Shown piece by piece: positions 1-10,287 of a DNA stretch of 45,483 nucleotides (the first letter of the stretch is position 1; each line of letters begins with the position of its first letter). Where the stretch lies: positions 1 through 45,483 of the forward strand of contig RGZZ01000002.1 in assembly GCA_010028905.1 (NCBI GenBank), read 5' to 3'. This DNA comes from Pseudomonadota bacterium. GTDB lineage: Bacteria > Vulcanimicrobiota > Xenobia > RGZZ01. The notes under the pieces are model-generated. The model had not been told where the DNA came from. It did not search any database and was given only the letters and a program-made list of their open reading frames with translations. Made by a program: the position numbers and the translations under genes.

Positions 1-8
1 GCGCACTG

Positions 9-818
9 ATGGACGCTTCCGCCGCATCCTCAACCGAGTTCACCTACGAGCTGGCATCAGACGGCCTGGTCAAGTCGTACGCCGGTCGTCGCGTCGTGAA
101 CGGCGTCTGCATCGGCATGAACGCGGGTGAGGTCGTGGGCCTCCTCGGGCCGAACGGGGCCGGAAAGACCACCACCTTCTATATGATGGTGGGGCTCGTG
201 AAGCCAGAGGAAGGTCGGGTGCTGCTGCGGGGGCACGATCTCTCTCAGGCCCCCTTGCATGAGCGCTCTCGCGAGGGCATCGGATATCTGCCGCAGGAGC
301 CGTCGACCTTTCGTCGTCTCTCGGTGGAGGAGAACCTGCAGCTCATCTGGCAGATGCTGGGCCTCGACGAGGCCGAGATCGAGCGCCGCGTCTCGCGCCT
401 GCTCGGCGATTTCGGGCTCGATGCGCTGCGCCGCCAGAACGTGGTCTCGCTCTCCGGCGGTGAGCGGCGGCGTCTCGAGATCGCCCGTGCCATGGCGACT
501 GAACCCCGCTATCTCCTGCTCGACGAGCCCTTCACCGGTGTCGATCCCCTTCACGTGAGCGAGATCCAGGAAATCGTCCGCGAGCTCCAGCGCAAGGGCA
601 TCGGCATTCTCATCACCGACCACAATGCGTCGGCGCTGCTCGAGATCGTGCACCGGGTCTACATCATCAGCGAGGGGCAGATCCTCGTGCACGGCACACC
701 CACCGAGGTGGTGGCGAATCCGCTCGCGCGCAAGTACTACCTGGGGGAGCGCTTCTACTTCCGCAACGAGGCCGACCCCGCGGCCCAGGCCCAGGAAGAG
801 GAGCGGGCGGTGTCGTGA
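9..818 (+). CDS. lptB: LPS export ABC transporter ATP-binding protein LptB
   Basis: 269-aa ORF with Walker A GPNGAGKTT, ABC signature LSGGERRR, Walker B LLLDEP and H-loop TDHN. Length and C-terminal tail are LptB-like. Its stop overlaps (GTGA) the start of the downstream LptF/G-family permease. Confidence 0.88.
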   Translation: MDASAASSTEFTYELASDGLVKSYAGRRVVNGVCIGMNAGEVVGLLGPNGAGKTTTFYMMVGLVKPEEGRVLLRGHDLSQAPLHERSREGIGYLPQEPSTFRRLSVEENLQLIWQMLGLDEAEIERRVSRLLGDFGLDALRRQNVVSLSGGERRRLEIARAMATEPRYLLLDEPFTGVDPLHVSEIQEIVRELQRKGIGILITDHNASALLEIVHRVYIISEGQILVHGTPTEVVANPLARKYYLGERFYFRNEADPAAQAQEEERAVS

Positions 819-1984
819 GGATTCTCGACCGCTACGTGGTCTCCGAGATGGCGGGGCCGTTCCTGTTCGGCGTGTGCACCTTCACGCTGCTCTTCATGTC
901 GGTCGACACCTTCATGCGAGCCGCTCGCATGTTCTCCGATGGCACGCAGGGCCTCAAGGTTGCCGCCGTGTTCGTGCTGGCCAGCATTCCCGGCGTCCTG
1001 GCCTACGCCTTTCCGATGTCGTCGCTTCTCGCGTGCCTGATGGCGTTCGGACGCCTCTCGGCGGACTCCGAGGTCGTGGCGATGAAGGCGGGGGGCATCA
1101 GTCTCTACCGCATCGCCCGACCGGGTCTTGCGCTCACCGTCGTGCTCTCCATCGTGGCCTTCTACCTGATCGACCAGATCGCGCCTGAGGCCAACTACCA
1201 GGCCCACAACCTCGTGGCGAAGCAGCTCGTGGCGGAGAGCGGTCAGATGCAGAACCTCAAGGTGCAGGAGGTGGCGGCCGATGGCACCGACCGCGTGGTG
1301 CTGGCCCGCAGCTTCGATCTCGATCGCGGTCTTCTCTCGCAGCTGACGATCTTGTTCTACCGCAGCAATCTGCGCGTGCGCGTCATGTACGCCGAGGACG
1401 CGGTGTGGGAGAAGCAGTCTGACGGTCTGTACGGCTGGGTCATGCACAAGGTCAAGACCCAGGATCTCGACGCCAACCAGAGCGTCACCTACGACACGTT
1501 CTCCGAGCAGATGGTGGCCCCCATCGCCTCCACGCCGGCTCAGCTCGCCGTGAGGCCGCGCGGGCGCGACGAGATGACACGCGACATGCTGCTCGACAAG
1601 ATTCGCTACGAGCGCTATATGGCCCAGATCGAGGCCGAAGAGGCCAGGGTCGCCGAGAGCAAGGGGCTCAAGAAGGGCGAGAACAAGGGCCTCAAAAAGG
1701 CCTGGTCGTACACGGTGGAGTATTACTCGCGTATCGCCATCCCATTCTCTTGTCTCGTCTTCGGGCTGTTCGGCATCCCGCTGGGATTGCAGCCGCACCG
1801 TACGAGCAAGTCCATCGGGCTGGGTCTGAGCATCATCTTCATCTTCATCTACTACCTGCTGATGACCACGAGCCGCTCCCTCGGAGAGAGCGGCATCCTT
1901 CCGCCGTTCGTGGCCGCCTGGTTGCCGAACGCGCTGTTCGCTGCCGTCGGCATGGTGCTCTTGGTGAGGGCCGGCAAGGTTTAG
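815..1984 (+). CDS. LptF/LptG (YjgP/YjgQ) family LPS export permease
   Basis: 389 aa. N-terminus MRILDRYVVSEMAGPFLFG is typical of YjgP/YjgQ permeases. Three N-terminal TM segments, a central soluble beta-jellyroll-like insert, then C-terminal TM segments. Translationally coupled to lptB. Confidence 0.85.
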   Translation: MRILDRYVVSEMAGPFLFGVCTFTLLFMSVDTFMRAARMFSDGTQGLKVAAVFVLASIPGVLAYAFPMSSLLACLMAFGRLSADSEVVAMKAGGISLYRIARPGLALTVVLSIVAFYLIDQIAPEANYQAHNLVAKQLVAESGQMQNLKVQEVAADGTDRVVLARSFDLDRGLLSQLTILFYRSNLRVRVMYAEDAVWEKQSDGLYGWVMHKVKTQDLDANQSVTYDTFSEQMVAPIASTPAQLAVRPRGRDEMTRDMLLDKIRYERYMAQIEAEEARVAESKGLKKGENKGLKKAWSYTVEYYSRIAIPFSCLVFGLFGIPLGLQPHRTSKSIGLGLSIIFIFIYYLLMTTSRSLGESGILPPFVAAWLPNALFAAVGMVLLVRAGKV

Positions 1985-1996
1985 GAGCGCTGTGCG

Positions 1997-2953
1997 GTGG
2001 CTGTAGCCCTGCGAATCTTTCTCATCGTGGTCGTGGGCGCCGCCCTGAGTGGTCTGGTGGCGTATCTCGGCAATCAGCTCGGGCGCCAGGTGGGCCGTCG
2101 CAAGATGACGCTTGCGGGGCTTCGTCCGCGCTACACCTCGAACATCATCACCGTGGCCACGGGCGCGGTCATCTACCTCCTCACGCTGGGCATCCTCTCG
2201 GTGGCCTCGTCTGACGTGCGGCAGTTGCTCGTCGGCCTGCGCGAGCTCGAAGAGCAGCGATCGCAGCTCCAGCACCAGGTGAAGGGGCTCGATGAGAAGG
2301 TCAAGGCGGGTCCGGTCTCCTTGCCTTTCCAGCCTCTGGCCGTGGGCGTGATTCAGTGCGGGCTGTCTGCGGACGACATGCGGGCCCAGATCGACACGCT
2401 CCTGCAGCTAGCCAATGACAACTTCGTCGCGCGCAACAATCAGCTTGCGTCGAAGTGCGGTCTCGCGCCCTTGCCAGATGAGAAGAAGCTGGTGAAGTAC
2501 GTGGCCGCCGACAAGGAGGGGATTCTCGACACCCTCCGCAAGGCCCCGAAGGGCTCCACGGTGGTATGCATCGTGCTCTCCGGCAAGGTCACGGCCTACT
2601 ACGACGATGAGACCGTGGCGCAGTTCCTGTTCCGCCCGAACCCGGTGGTGTTCCGCAAGGATCAGGTCATCACCTCGGGGGTCATCGACGGCCGGGCCAC
2701 CTCAGCGCAGGTGTACAAGCAGGTGTACGAGTTCATCTTCAAGGATCTCAACTACACGTGTCTCGAGCAGTATCACATGGTGCGCAATCCCCTCACGAAC
2801 AAGCTCGATACCAGTATCGACGGCTTCATGATGCGACAGGCGGCCGATCAGATCGCGCGCATGAACAAGCCCATGCGCCTTCAGGTGGTGGCCAACAGCG
2901 AGATCCATCCGCTTGGACCGCTCGACGCGCGGCTGCTCGTGGTCAATCAGTGA
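1997..2953 (+). CDS. Membrane-anchored coiled-coil protein, DUF3084-like
   Basis: 318 aa with a GTG start and GGAG 9 nt upstream. Two N-terminal hydrophobic helices flank a basic loop (GRQVGRRKMTLAGLRPRYTS), followed by a coiled coil (ELEEQRSQLQHQVKGLDEKV). The family assignment is from memory of this architecture and is not verified. Confidence 0.55.
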   Translation: MAVALRIFLIVVVGAALSGLVAYLGNQLGRQVGRRKMTLAGLRPRYTSNIITVATGAVIYLLTLGILSVASSDVRQLLVGLRELEEQRSQLQHQVKGLDEKVKAGPVSLPFQPLAVGVIQCGLSADDMRAQIDTLLQLANDNFVARNNQLASKCGLAPLPDEKKLVKYVAADKEGILDTLRKAPKGSTVVCIVLSGKVTAYYDDETVAQFLFRPNPVVFRKDQVITSGVIDGRATSAQVYKQVYEFIFKDLNYTCLEQYHMVRNPLTNKLDTSIDGFMMRQAADQIARMNKPMRLQVVANSEIHPLGPLDARLLVVNQ

Positions 2954-3384
2954 GCACGCCGTCTGGCCCGGTGCTGGCCATCGATCCCGGGCGGGACAAG
3001 TGCGGCCTGGCCGTGGTCGACGCACGGGGAGCGCTGGTGTTTCGCGAGGTGTCTGCCACGCCAGAGCTGGAAGCCCGGGTCGAGGAGGCGCTTCGGAGGT
3101 TCTCTCCCGCGCGGGTCCTTATGGGCGACGGAACAAAGTCACGCGATCTGCGACCAAAGGTCATCGATGTGGTGGAACGGATTCAGGCGGGAACCGGGGT
3201 TGAGCTGGTGAGCGAGCGACACACGACGGAGCGTGCGCGCCTCGCCTACTGGCGCGACAACCCACCTCGTGGGCTCCTGCGGTGGCTGCCGCAGGGAATG
3301 CGGGTGCCACCCGAGCCGTATGACGACTATGCGGCCTGGTGCCTCGCGCTCGCCTGGATGGGTCTCGAGGCCCCGGATCGCTGA
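2950..3384 (+). CDS. RNase H-fold YqgF/RuvX-like putative nuclease
   Basis: The GTG at 2950 overlaps the previous stop (GTGA). The N-terminal motif VLAIDPGRDKCGLAVVD resembles the catalytic-Asp strand of YqgF/RuvC-like resolvase folds. The ORF-track version starting at 2758 is an upstream read-through inside the previous gene. Confidence 0.5.
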   Translation: MSTPSGPVLAIDPGRDKCGLAVVDARGALVFREVSATPELEARVEEALRRFSPARVLMGDGTKSRDLRPKVIDVVERIQAGTGVELVSERHTTERARLAYWRDNPPRGLLRWLPQGMRVPPEPYDDYAAWCLALAWMGLEAPDR

Positions 3385-3475
3385 GGGCGATGGCGCTGGC
3401 CTTTACGTCAGGCAGGAAGCCGACTATCATGGAGGCGACGCGGTCGCGCGCCCAGACGAGAGATGGAGTGAGAGC

Positions 3476-4957
3476 ATGCGCAACGCCCGATGGATGATGG
3501 TTCGCAGCCTTCTGCTGGCGCTCATGATGCTGGCGGGAGCCAGCGCAGGGGCGAGAGCGGCAAACATTCCCGTACTGGGATCCGTGGTCGAGCCGAACTC
3601 GGCACAAGGCGCCGTGGGGGTTCTTCCGGCCGAGGGCGTTACGGTGACCGTGGTGGGCACATCGCTCAGCGACACCACTGACGCGCGCGGCGCCTTCCAG
3701 TTCAAGGCGGTGCCGGAGGGCGAGATCACCCTCATGGCCTTCAAGCCCGGGTTCCAGCCGACCATCAAGAAGGTCACGTTGCGCGGCCCCATGCCCGGCC
3801 AGGTGCTCCTCTATCTGCTACCGGGAGGCAGCGTGAACATGGGAGGGCAGGAGCACATCGTGAAGGCCGACACGGTGTACGTGGCGTTCTCGGCGCCCGT
3901 GCCGACGGGGTCAAACGGCTCGACCGTGAACTCTCCCTTGTCCGGCTCGGCCACCACCAGCATCAGCTACATGGGCGCTGTCGCCAACGGTGCCGACCCG
4001 TTCACCTTTGGCGGCAACGTGCCCAACATGCCGACCGGTCCCAACCAGTTCTCCACCAACGTCAGCGTTGCGCCGAACCAGCTCATGGTCCTCGATCCGG
4101 AGAAGCCGCAGCAGACCGACTACGTCGAATCGGCGAGCCGGCTGTTCTGGCTGGCCTTCAGCGCCAGCGGCAACAAGCTCTTCGCCGCGTCAGATCAGAA
4201 CGTCATCAACGTCTTCGACACCTCGAAGAACAACATCTTGCTGCAGCAGATCCCGGCCGGTGGTGTGGTCAACGATCTCGTACGCAGCGGCAACTTCGTG
4301 TACGCGTCGATCATGCGCGCCAACGGTGATGGCATCATGGTCATCGACCCCAGCCGCAACGCACCCACCCGCATCCTGCCCGTTCCCCCGCTGCCCACCG
4401 GAGGCATCGCCCACGCGTGGTCGGTTGCCGCCAGCAGCGACGGCAGCCGCATCTACGCGGCCATCGGGAACGAGCGTGACGGAGAGGTGGCCGCCATCGA
4501 TTTCATCACCACCCATCCGGTGGCGGTGACCCGCGTGGGCGCCAACCCCATGGGCATCGCGCTCACCCCGGACAATCGCTATGTGCTCGTCGCCAACAGC
4601 AAGGCGGCCACGGTCACCGTTCTCGACGCCGCCACCCTGCAGCCGGTGGCGAACATCCCGGTGGGCATCACGCCTTTTCACATCGCTGTTCGGCCCGACT
4701 CCACGAAGGCCTACGTCACCTGCAGGGGCAGCAATGCCGTGCACGTCATCCATCTCTCGACCCTGCAGCCGGGGCCGGTGATTCCTGTGGGAACCAACCC
4801 GATGGGCATCGCGGTGACGGGCACGGGGAATCATGTGTACGTGGCCAATCAGGGGAGCGCCACGGTCTCGATCATCGATGGCGACACCGACACGTTCCTG
4901 CGCAACACCACCCCTCTGCCACGCAGCCGCCCCTACGGCATCGCCGTGAAGCCCTGA
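3476..4957 (+). CDS. Secreted protein: carboxypeptidase-regulatory-like domain plus YVTN-type beta-propeller repeats
   Basis: ATG at 3476 is preceded by GGAGTGAGAGC. Signal peptide MRNARWMMVRSLLLALMMLAGASAGARA. A CarboxypepD_reg-like segment (GVTVTVVGTSLSDTTDARGAFQFKAVPEGEITL) is followed by repeated NPMGIA..D...VYVAN...TVSVID units typical of YVTN/lactonase-type propellers. Confidence 0.8.
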   Translation: MRNARWMMVRSLLLALMMLAGASAGARAANIPVLGSVVEPNSAQGAVGVLPAEGVTVTVVGTSLSDTTDARGAFQFKAVPEGEITLMAFKPGFQPTIKKVTLRGPMPGQVLLYLLPGGSVNMGGQEHIVKADTVYVAFSAPVPTGSNGSTVNSPLSGSATTSISYMGAVANGADPFTFGGNVPNMPTGPNQFSTNVSVAPNQLMVLDPEKPQQTDYVESASRLFWLAFSASGNKLFAASDQNVINVFDTSKNNILLQQIPAGGVVNDLVRSGNFVYASIMRANGDGIMVIDPSRNAPTRILPVPPLPTGGIAHAWSVAASSDGSRIYAAIGNERDGEVAAIDFITTHPVAVTRVGANPMGIALTPDNRYVLVANSKAATVTVLDAATLQPVANIPVGITPFHIAVRPDSTKAYVTCRGSNAVHVIHLSTLQPGPVIPVGTNPMGIAVTGTGNHVYVANQGSATVSIIDGDTDTFLRNTTPLPRSRPYGIAVKP

Positions 4958-5245
4958 GAACAGGGGCTTCCTCGACCTGCCGGGCTCCGCTTCGCGCGGC
5001 GTCGCTCCAACAATAGGGAGCGCAGAGGAGACTTCAGGGTCGCGGAAAGAGGGAACGGCCCCTGCACTGCGAAAGGTGTTCGGCCGCTTCCCGCCCGATT
5101 CGCATTGCGTGGGAGCGGTCTCCGAGCGTCGACGGGTGGCTTTGCGGCCGTGCCTTTCGAACAAGGACAGGATGCGCGACGTCTCCCATGCGAGCGGCCG
5201 TCCCACCGGGCGCTCATCAACTCAGGCAAGGCAGGTAACCTTCCC

Positions 5246-7833
5246 GTGTCTCTACTCGCCGCGGTACGCAGCCTCTTCGACAGCAACGCCAAAGAGATCA
5301 AGAAGATCGAGAAGATCGTCAAGCAGATCAATGGCCATGAAGAGGCCATCAAGCGACTCACCGATGAGGGGCTGAAGGCAAAGACCGACGAGTTCCGCGG
5401 GCGCCTGCAGAAGGAGAGCGATCTCGAGGTCATCCTGCCGGAAGCGTTTGCGGTGGTGCGCGAGGCGTCTCTGCGGGCTATCGGGCTGCGTCACTACGAC
5501 GTGCAGATGATCGGCGGCATCGTGTTGCACCAGGGGCGTATCTCCGAGATGCGCACGGGAGAGGGCAAGACCCTCGTGGGAACGTCACCCACCTACCTGA
5601 ACGCGTTGCTGGGCAAGGGCGTGCACGTGGTCACGGTCAACGACTACCTGGCCAAGCGAGACGCCCGCTGGATGGGGCCCATCTATCACTTCCTCGGCCT
5701 CACGGTGGGGGTCATCCAGCACGACACGGCCTACCTCTACGACCCCGAGTGGGAGGTCGATGACGAGACGGTCAACCATCTTCGTCCCGTGCATCGGCGT
5801 GAGGCCTACGCGGCAGACATCACGTACGGCACCAACAACGAGTTCGGGTTCGACTACCTGCGCGACAACATGGTCATGCGTCTCGAGGATTGCGTGCAGC
5901 GGCCGCTCTGGTACGCCATCGTCGACGAGGTCGACTCCATTCTCATCGACGAGGCGCGTACGCCCCTCATCATCTCTGGCATGGGACGCAAGTCCACCGA
6001 CCTGTACGATAAGTTCTCCAAGATCGCCCTCAAGCTCAAGGCCGAGGTCGATTACGAGGTTGACGAGAAGGCGCACAGCGTGCCGCTCACCGAGGCGGGT
6101 GTGGCCCACGTCGAGGAGATCCTCGGCATCCAGAAGCCCGACTCCCTGTACGATGACGACAACATCGAGTTCGTGCACCACGTAAACCAGGCGCTGCGCG
6201 CCAAGGAGCTCTACAAGCTCGACGACGAGTACGTCATCAAAGAGGGTGAGATCGTCATCGTCGACGAGTTCACCGGCCGTCTCATGTTCGGACGTCGCTA
6301 TTCTGATGGCCTGCATCAGGCCATCGAGGCCAAGGAAGGCGTGAAGGTCCGCCAGGAAGACCAGACCCTGGCCACCATCACGTTCCAGAACTACTTCCGC
6401 CTCTACCACAAGCTTGCCGGCATGACCGGCACGGCGGCCACCGAGGAGCGCGAGTTCCGCGACATCTACAACCTCGACGTGGTGATCATTCCGACGAATC
6501 GCAGCATCAGCCGAAAAGATCTTCCAGATCAGGTCTACAAGAACCAGCAGGCCAAGCTCAATGCGGTCATCGCAGACATCGAGGAGTGTCACAAGCGGGG
6601 GCAGCCCGTTCTCGTGGGAACGCGCTCCATCGAGAAATCCGAGGAGCTCGGGCTGCATCTCAAGCGTCGCGGCATCCCGCACAACGTCCTGAACGCGAAG
6701 TACCACGAGAAGGAAGCCACCATCATCGCGCAGGCGGGGCACAAAGGCGGGCGGGCCGCGGCGTCGACATCATCCTCGGTGGAAACCCGCCGGATCAAGC
6801 AGAGGCCGTGGAGGTCCGTACCGCGGGAGGGCTGCACATCATCGGCACCGAGCGTCACGAGTCGCGTCGCATCGACAACCAGCTGCGCGGTCGTGCCGGG
6901 CGACAGGGCGATCCGGGAACAACGCGCTTCTACATCGCACTCGATGACGAGCTCATGCGCCTCTTCGGCTCAGACCGCATTGCGGGCTGGATGGATCGTC
7001 TCGGGGTCGAGGAGGACGTGCCCATCGAGCACGGCCTGATCACGCGGGGCATCGAGAATGCCCAGAGCAAGGTCGAGTCGCGTCACTACGACATGCGCAA
7101 GAGCGTTCTCGAGTATGATGACGTGATGAACAAGCAGCGCGAGGTCATCTACACCGAGCGCCTGCGCATCTTGAAGGGGGAAGACCTGCGCCCGCACGTC
7201 GAGGAGATGCTCGACGAGCTGTTCGCGGAGCTGGTCGACACCTACGCACCAGAAAACGCGGGGCGCGACGAGTACGACATCGAGGGCCTGGCCCGCGCTG
7301 TGCGCGAGTTCTTCCCGCTCGAGGCGGAAGACGTCGAAGAGCTGCGTGACCTCGATCGCGAGGCGCTGCGCGAGACCGTTGTCGACTGGGCGCACGAGGC
7401 CTATGAGCAGCGCGAGGAAGAGCTCGGGGGCGACCTCCTGCGCGAGCTCGAGCGCATGGCGCTACTGCACACCATCGATGACAAGTGGATCGACCATCTG
7501 CAGTCGATGGACATGCTGCGCGAAGGCATCGGGCTTCGCGCGTATGGCCAGAAAGATCCTCGCCTCGAGTACATCGCCGAGGCGTTCAACGAGTTCGAGG
7601 GCCTCAAGCAGCGCATCCGGGAAGACACCATCAACTTCCTCTTCCGGGTGCGCGTTCACGAGGGCGCCGAGGCGCCTCAGATGCACGCCCCCCAGGTCCA
7701 GATCACCGGAACCAACCGAGATGATGAAAGCGGCGCTACCCCTGTGCGTCGTCCGAACTCGAAGGTGGGCCGAAACGACGCGTGCCCGTGTGGCAGCGGC
7801 AAGAAGTTCAAGAAGTGCCACGGCAGGGCCTGA
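5246..7833 (+). pseudogene. secA: Preprotein translocase ATPase SecA, reading frame broken near 6749 (frameshift plus loss of a conserved motif)
   Basis: The N-terminal part (GTG 5246, [20 protein letters not shown]..., [29 protein letters not shown]) runs to ...[19 protein letters not shown] and then goes off-frame. The sequence [13 protein letters not shown]...[31 protein letters not shown]...[14 protein letters not shown] continues in another frame from 6751. Most of the usually invariant (A/G)VTIATNM stretch between them is absent. Confidence 0.85.
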
Positions 7834-7896
7834 CCTGCGGCGTCCGGCAGATGGCGTGCGGCACCCGACCCAGATTCACACCCTTGGAGGCAGGTC

Positions 7897-9034
7897 ATGA
7901 TCACGGCGAACGATGTGGAACGAATGCACGAGCAGCTCAAGGCGCGGCTGGTCCGCGTCAAGGAGTATCTTTGACCTGACGGCACTCGCGCAGCGGGCCG
8001 ATCAGCTCGAGCAGCAGATGGGCGCGCCCGATCTGTGGGACAACCCGGATCGAGCCCGCACGCTCACCAAGGAGCTCGATACCACGCGCCAGACATTGAA
8101 GCGCTGGCGCTCGCTCGATGACCGGCTTGATGATCTGCAGGCCTACGCTGAGCTGCTCGGGGAGGGGGAGGCCATCGATCAGGCCGAGCTCGACGAGCAC
8201 GTACGTCTGCTCGAGGCCGATGTCGACGCGGCTGAGGTGTCGACATTGCTCACCGAGCAGTACGACAATCACGACGCGATCCTCTCCATCCATGCTGGCG
8301 CCGGTGGCACCGACGCGCAGGACTGGGCGCAGATGCTCATGCGCATGTACCTGCGGTGGCTCGAGCGCGGCGGATTCACCGCGGAGGTCGTCGATGAGTC
8401 GGAGGGCGAGGAGGCCGGCATCAAGTCGGCCACCATCATGGTGAGCGGTGGGGTCTCTTCATTCGGCTACCTGAAGTCAGAGAAGGGCGTGCATCGCCTG
8501 GTCAGGCTCTCGCCGTTCGATTCGGCCCACCGGCGCCACACCGCGTTTGCCCAGGTCGACGTGATGCCCGACATCGATGACACCATCAAGGTCGAGATCT
8601 CTCCGGATGACCTGAAGGTCGATGTGTATCGATCGAGCGGCGCGGGGGGGCAGCACGTGAACAAGACCGAGTCTGCGGTGCGCCTCACCCACCTGCCCAC
8701 GGGGATCATCGTGGCCTGTCAGAACGAGCGCAGCCAGCATGCCAACAGAGATACGGCCATGCGCATCCTGAAGGCGCGCCTGTTCGAGCACGAGCGACAG
8801 GAGCAGGAGAAGAAGCTGGCCGCCATCCGAGGCGAGCATCGTGACATCGCGTTTGGCAGCCAGATCCGGTCGTACGTCCTGCACCCCTACTCGTTGGTGA
8901 AGGACCTGCGATCCGGGTACGAGACCGGGAACGTGCAGGCGGTTCTCGACGGTGACCTCGACCCCATCATCAAATCCTATCTAGAGGCTCGGGTTCTGCA
9001 GAAGATGGCGGGCGACGCCACCGATGTCGCGTGA
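7897..9034 (+). CDS. prfB: Peptide chain release factor 2, expressed through a +1 programmed ribosomal frameshift (join 7897..7971, 7973..9034)
   Basis: ATG 7897 follows GGAGG. Frame 0 encodes MITANDVERMHEQLKARLVRVKEYL and ends at in-frame TGA 7972-7974 within AAGGAG TAT CTT TGA C. The +1 frame continues DLTALAQRADQLEQQMGAPDLWDNP... and contains SPF and GGQ (SSGAGGQHVNKTESAVR). Confidence 0.95.
7960..7975 (+). promoter_or_regulatory. RF2 autoregulatory +1 frameshift site (internal SD-like AAGGAG, slippery CTT, TGA C stop context)
   Basis: The sequence aaggagtatctttgac matches the canonical prfB recoding signal. The E. coli site is AGGGGG TAT CTT TGA C. Confidence 0.92.
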
Positions 9035-9071
9035 GGCGCCGGCGATTCGGCGCGAGAAAGGCTGTGGTTCG

Positions 9072-10214
9072 ATGACCTCAGAGACCCATCCCCTGGTGAG
9101 GCCGTGCATCCTCGACTGCCGCCCGTATGTGGCGGGGCGTCCGCGCAAGAGCGTGCAGGAGATGCTCGGGCGTGATGACGTCATCAAGCTGGCCTCCAAC
9201 GAGAATCCACTGGGGCCCTCACCGCTGGCGCTCGAGGCCGTCACGCGCGCTGCGCGCGAGATGCACTACTACCCGGACGACGCCAGCACCGAGCTGCGCG
9301 AGCGCCTCTCGACGTACTGGGGCCTACCCCCCCAGAGCTTCCTCGTGGGGAACGGATCGATGCAGATACTCGAGCTGATCTGCAAGACCTTCGTGAACGA
9401 TGGCGAGGAGGTCATCTCCGGACACCCTTCCTTCCGGGTGTTCGATGGCCTGGTGCGGGCGGCCGGAGGGCACTGGCGGGGCGTGCCGCTGCGTGACCAC
9501 GTCCACGATCTCGAGGCGATGTCGGCAGCCATCGGGCACGCCACTAAGATCGTCATCGTGTGCAATCCGAACAATCCCACCGGCACGGTCGTCGCGCCGT
9601 CGGCGCTGCGCGATTTCGTGGCGGGGTTCCCGTCTGATCGCCTGCTCGTGCTCGACGAGGCCTACGCAGAGTACTGCGAGGAAGGGGCCATTCCCGACTT
9701 CCGCGAGCTGCTCGAGATGTGTCCGAACCTCCTCGTGCTGCGCAGCTTCTCGAAGGCATATGGTCTCGCGGGGGCACGCTGCGGATACGCAGTGGGTTCG
9801 ATTGCCCTCATCAATCTGCTCGAGCGGGCGCGCATGCCGTTCGTGGCGAACGCGCTGGCACTTGCTGGCGCCCAGGCCGCGCTCGACGACGTCGACTTCC
9901 TCGAGCGCTCGCGCAGGAACAACCAGGAAGGCCTTGCCCGTATGCGCGATGGGCTGCGCGCACTCGGCCTCCAGGCGCTCGAGACCCAGACGAACTTCCT
10001 GGCCGTGCGGGTGGGATCCAATGATCTTCGCTACTTCGAGGAGATGCTGCAGGAAGGTGTCATCGTCTTCCCTGGCACGAACACCGATTTCCGAGGGTGG
10101 GTTCGCGTGACCGTGGGAACACCGCCCCAGGTTGAGCGCTTCCTTCAGGCCACTGCCCGGGTTCTCGAGCGGGCGCGCCACGAGATCGAAGCCGAGCCCG
10201 CCCTCCAGGGCTGA
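9072..10214 (+). CDS. hisC: Histidinol-phosphate aminotransferase
   Basis: Motifs KLASNENPLGPSP, NGSMQILE, CNPNNPTG, VLDEAYAEY and FSKAYGLAGARCGY (PLP lysine). The start is ambiguous: ATG 9072, or an upstream in-frame start at 9024 that would overlap the prfB stop. Confidence 0.88.
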   Translation: MTSETHPLVRPCILDCRPYVAGRPRKSVQEMLGRDDVIKLASNENPLGPSPLALEAVTRAAREMHYYPDDASTELRERLSTYWGLPPQSFLVGNGSMQILELICKTFVNDGEEVISGHPSFRVFDGLVRAAGGHWRGVPLRDHVHDLEAMSAAIGHATKIVIVCNPNNPTGTVVAPSALRDFVAGFPSDRLLVLDEAYAEYCEEGAIPDFRELLEMCPNLLVLRSFSKAYGLAGARCGYAVGSIALINLLERARMPFVANALALAGAQAALDDVDFLERSRRNNQEGLARMRDGLRALGLQALETQTNFLAVRVGSNDLRYFEEMLQEGVIVFPGTNTDFRGWVRVTVGTPPQVERFLQATARVLERARHEIEAEPALQG

Positions 10215-10258
10215 GCAGCCAGATCTGGGCACGGTCGGCAGGTTTTTCGACAGCCCCC

Positions 10259-10287
10259 TTGCGCCGGAAGTTGGAAACGATTACAAT
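10259..10287 (+). promoter_or_regulatory. Candidate sigma-70 promoter TTGCGC-N17-TACAAT
   Basis: The hexamers and exact 17-nt spacer were read directly, in the lower-GC gap after hisC. It would yield a leader of roughly 545 nt before the SLH-OMP start, or an independent RNA. Confidence 0.4.

Noticed and set aside
5105-5245. Upstream extensions of several ORF-track entries: secA from 5105, the YVTN protein from 3233, metK from 29437, the secreted repeat protein from 23619, the cyclase from 32107, HD-GYP from 41728 and the lipoprotein from 16756.
   Set aside because: The extensions are compositionally non-coding (Arg/Ser/Pro-rich). Internal starts have SD-like sequences and give canonical N-termini or signal peptides.
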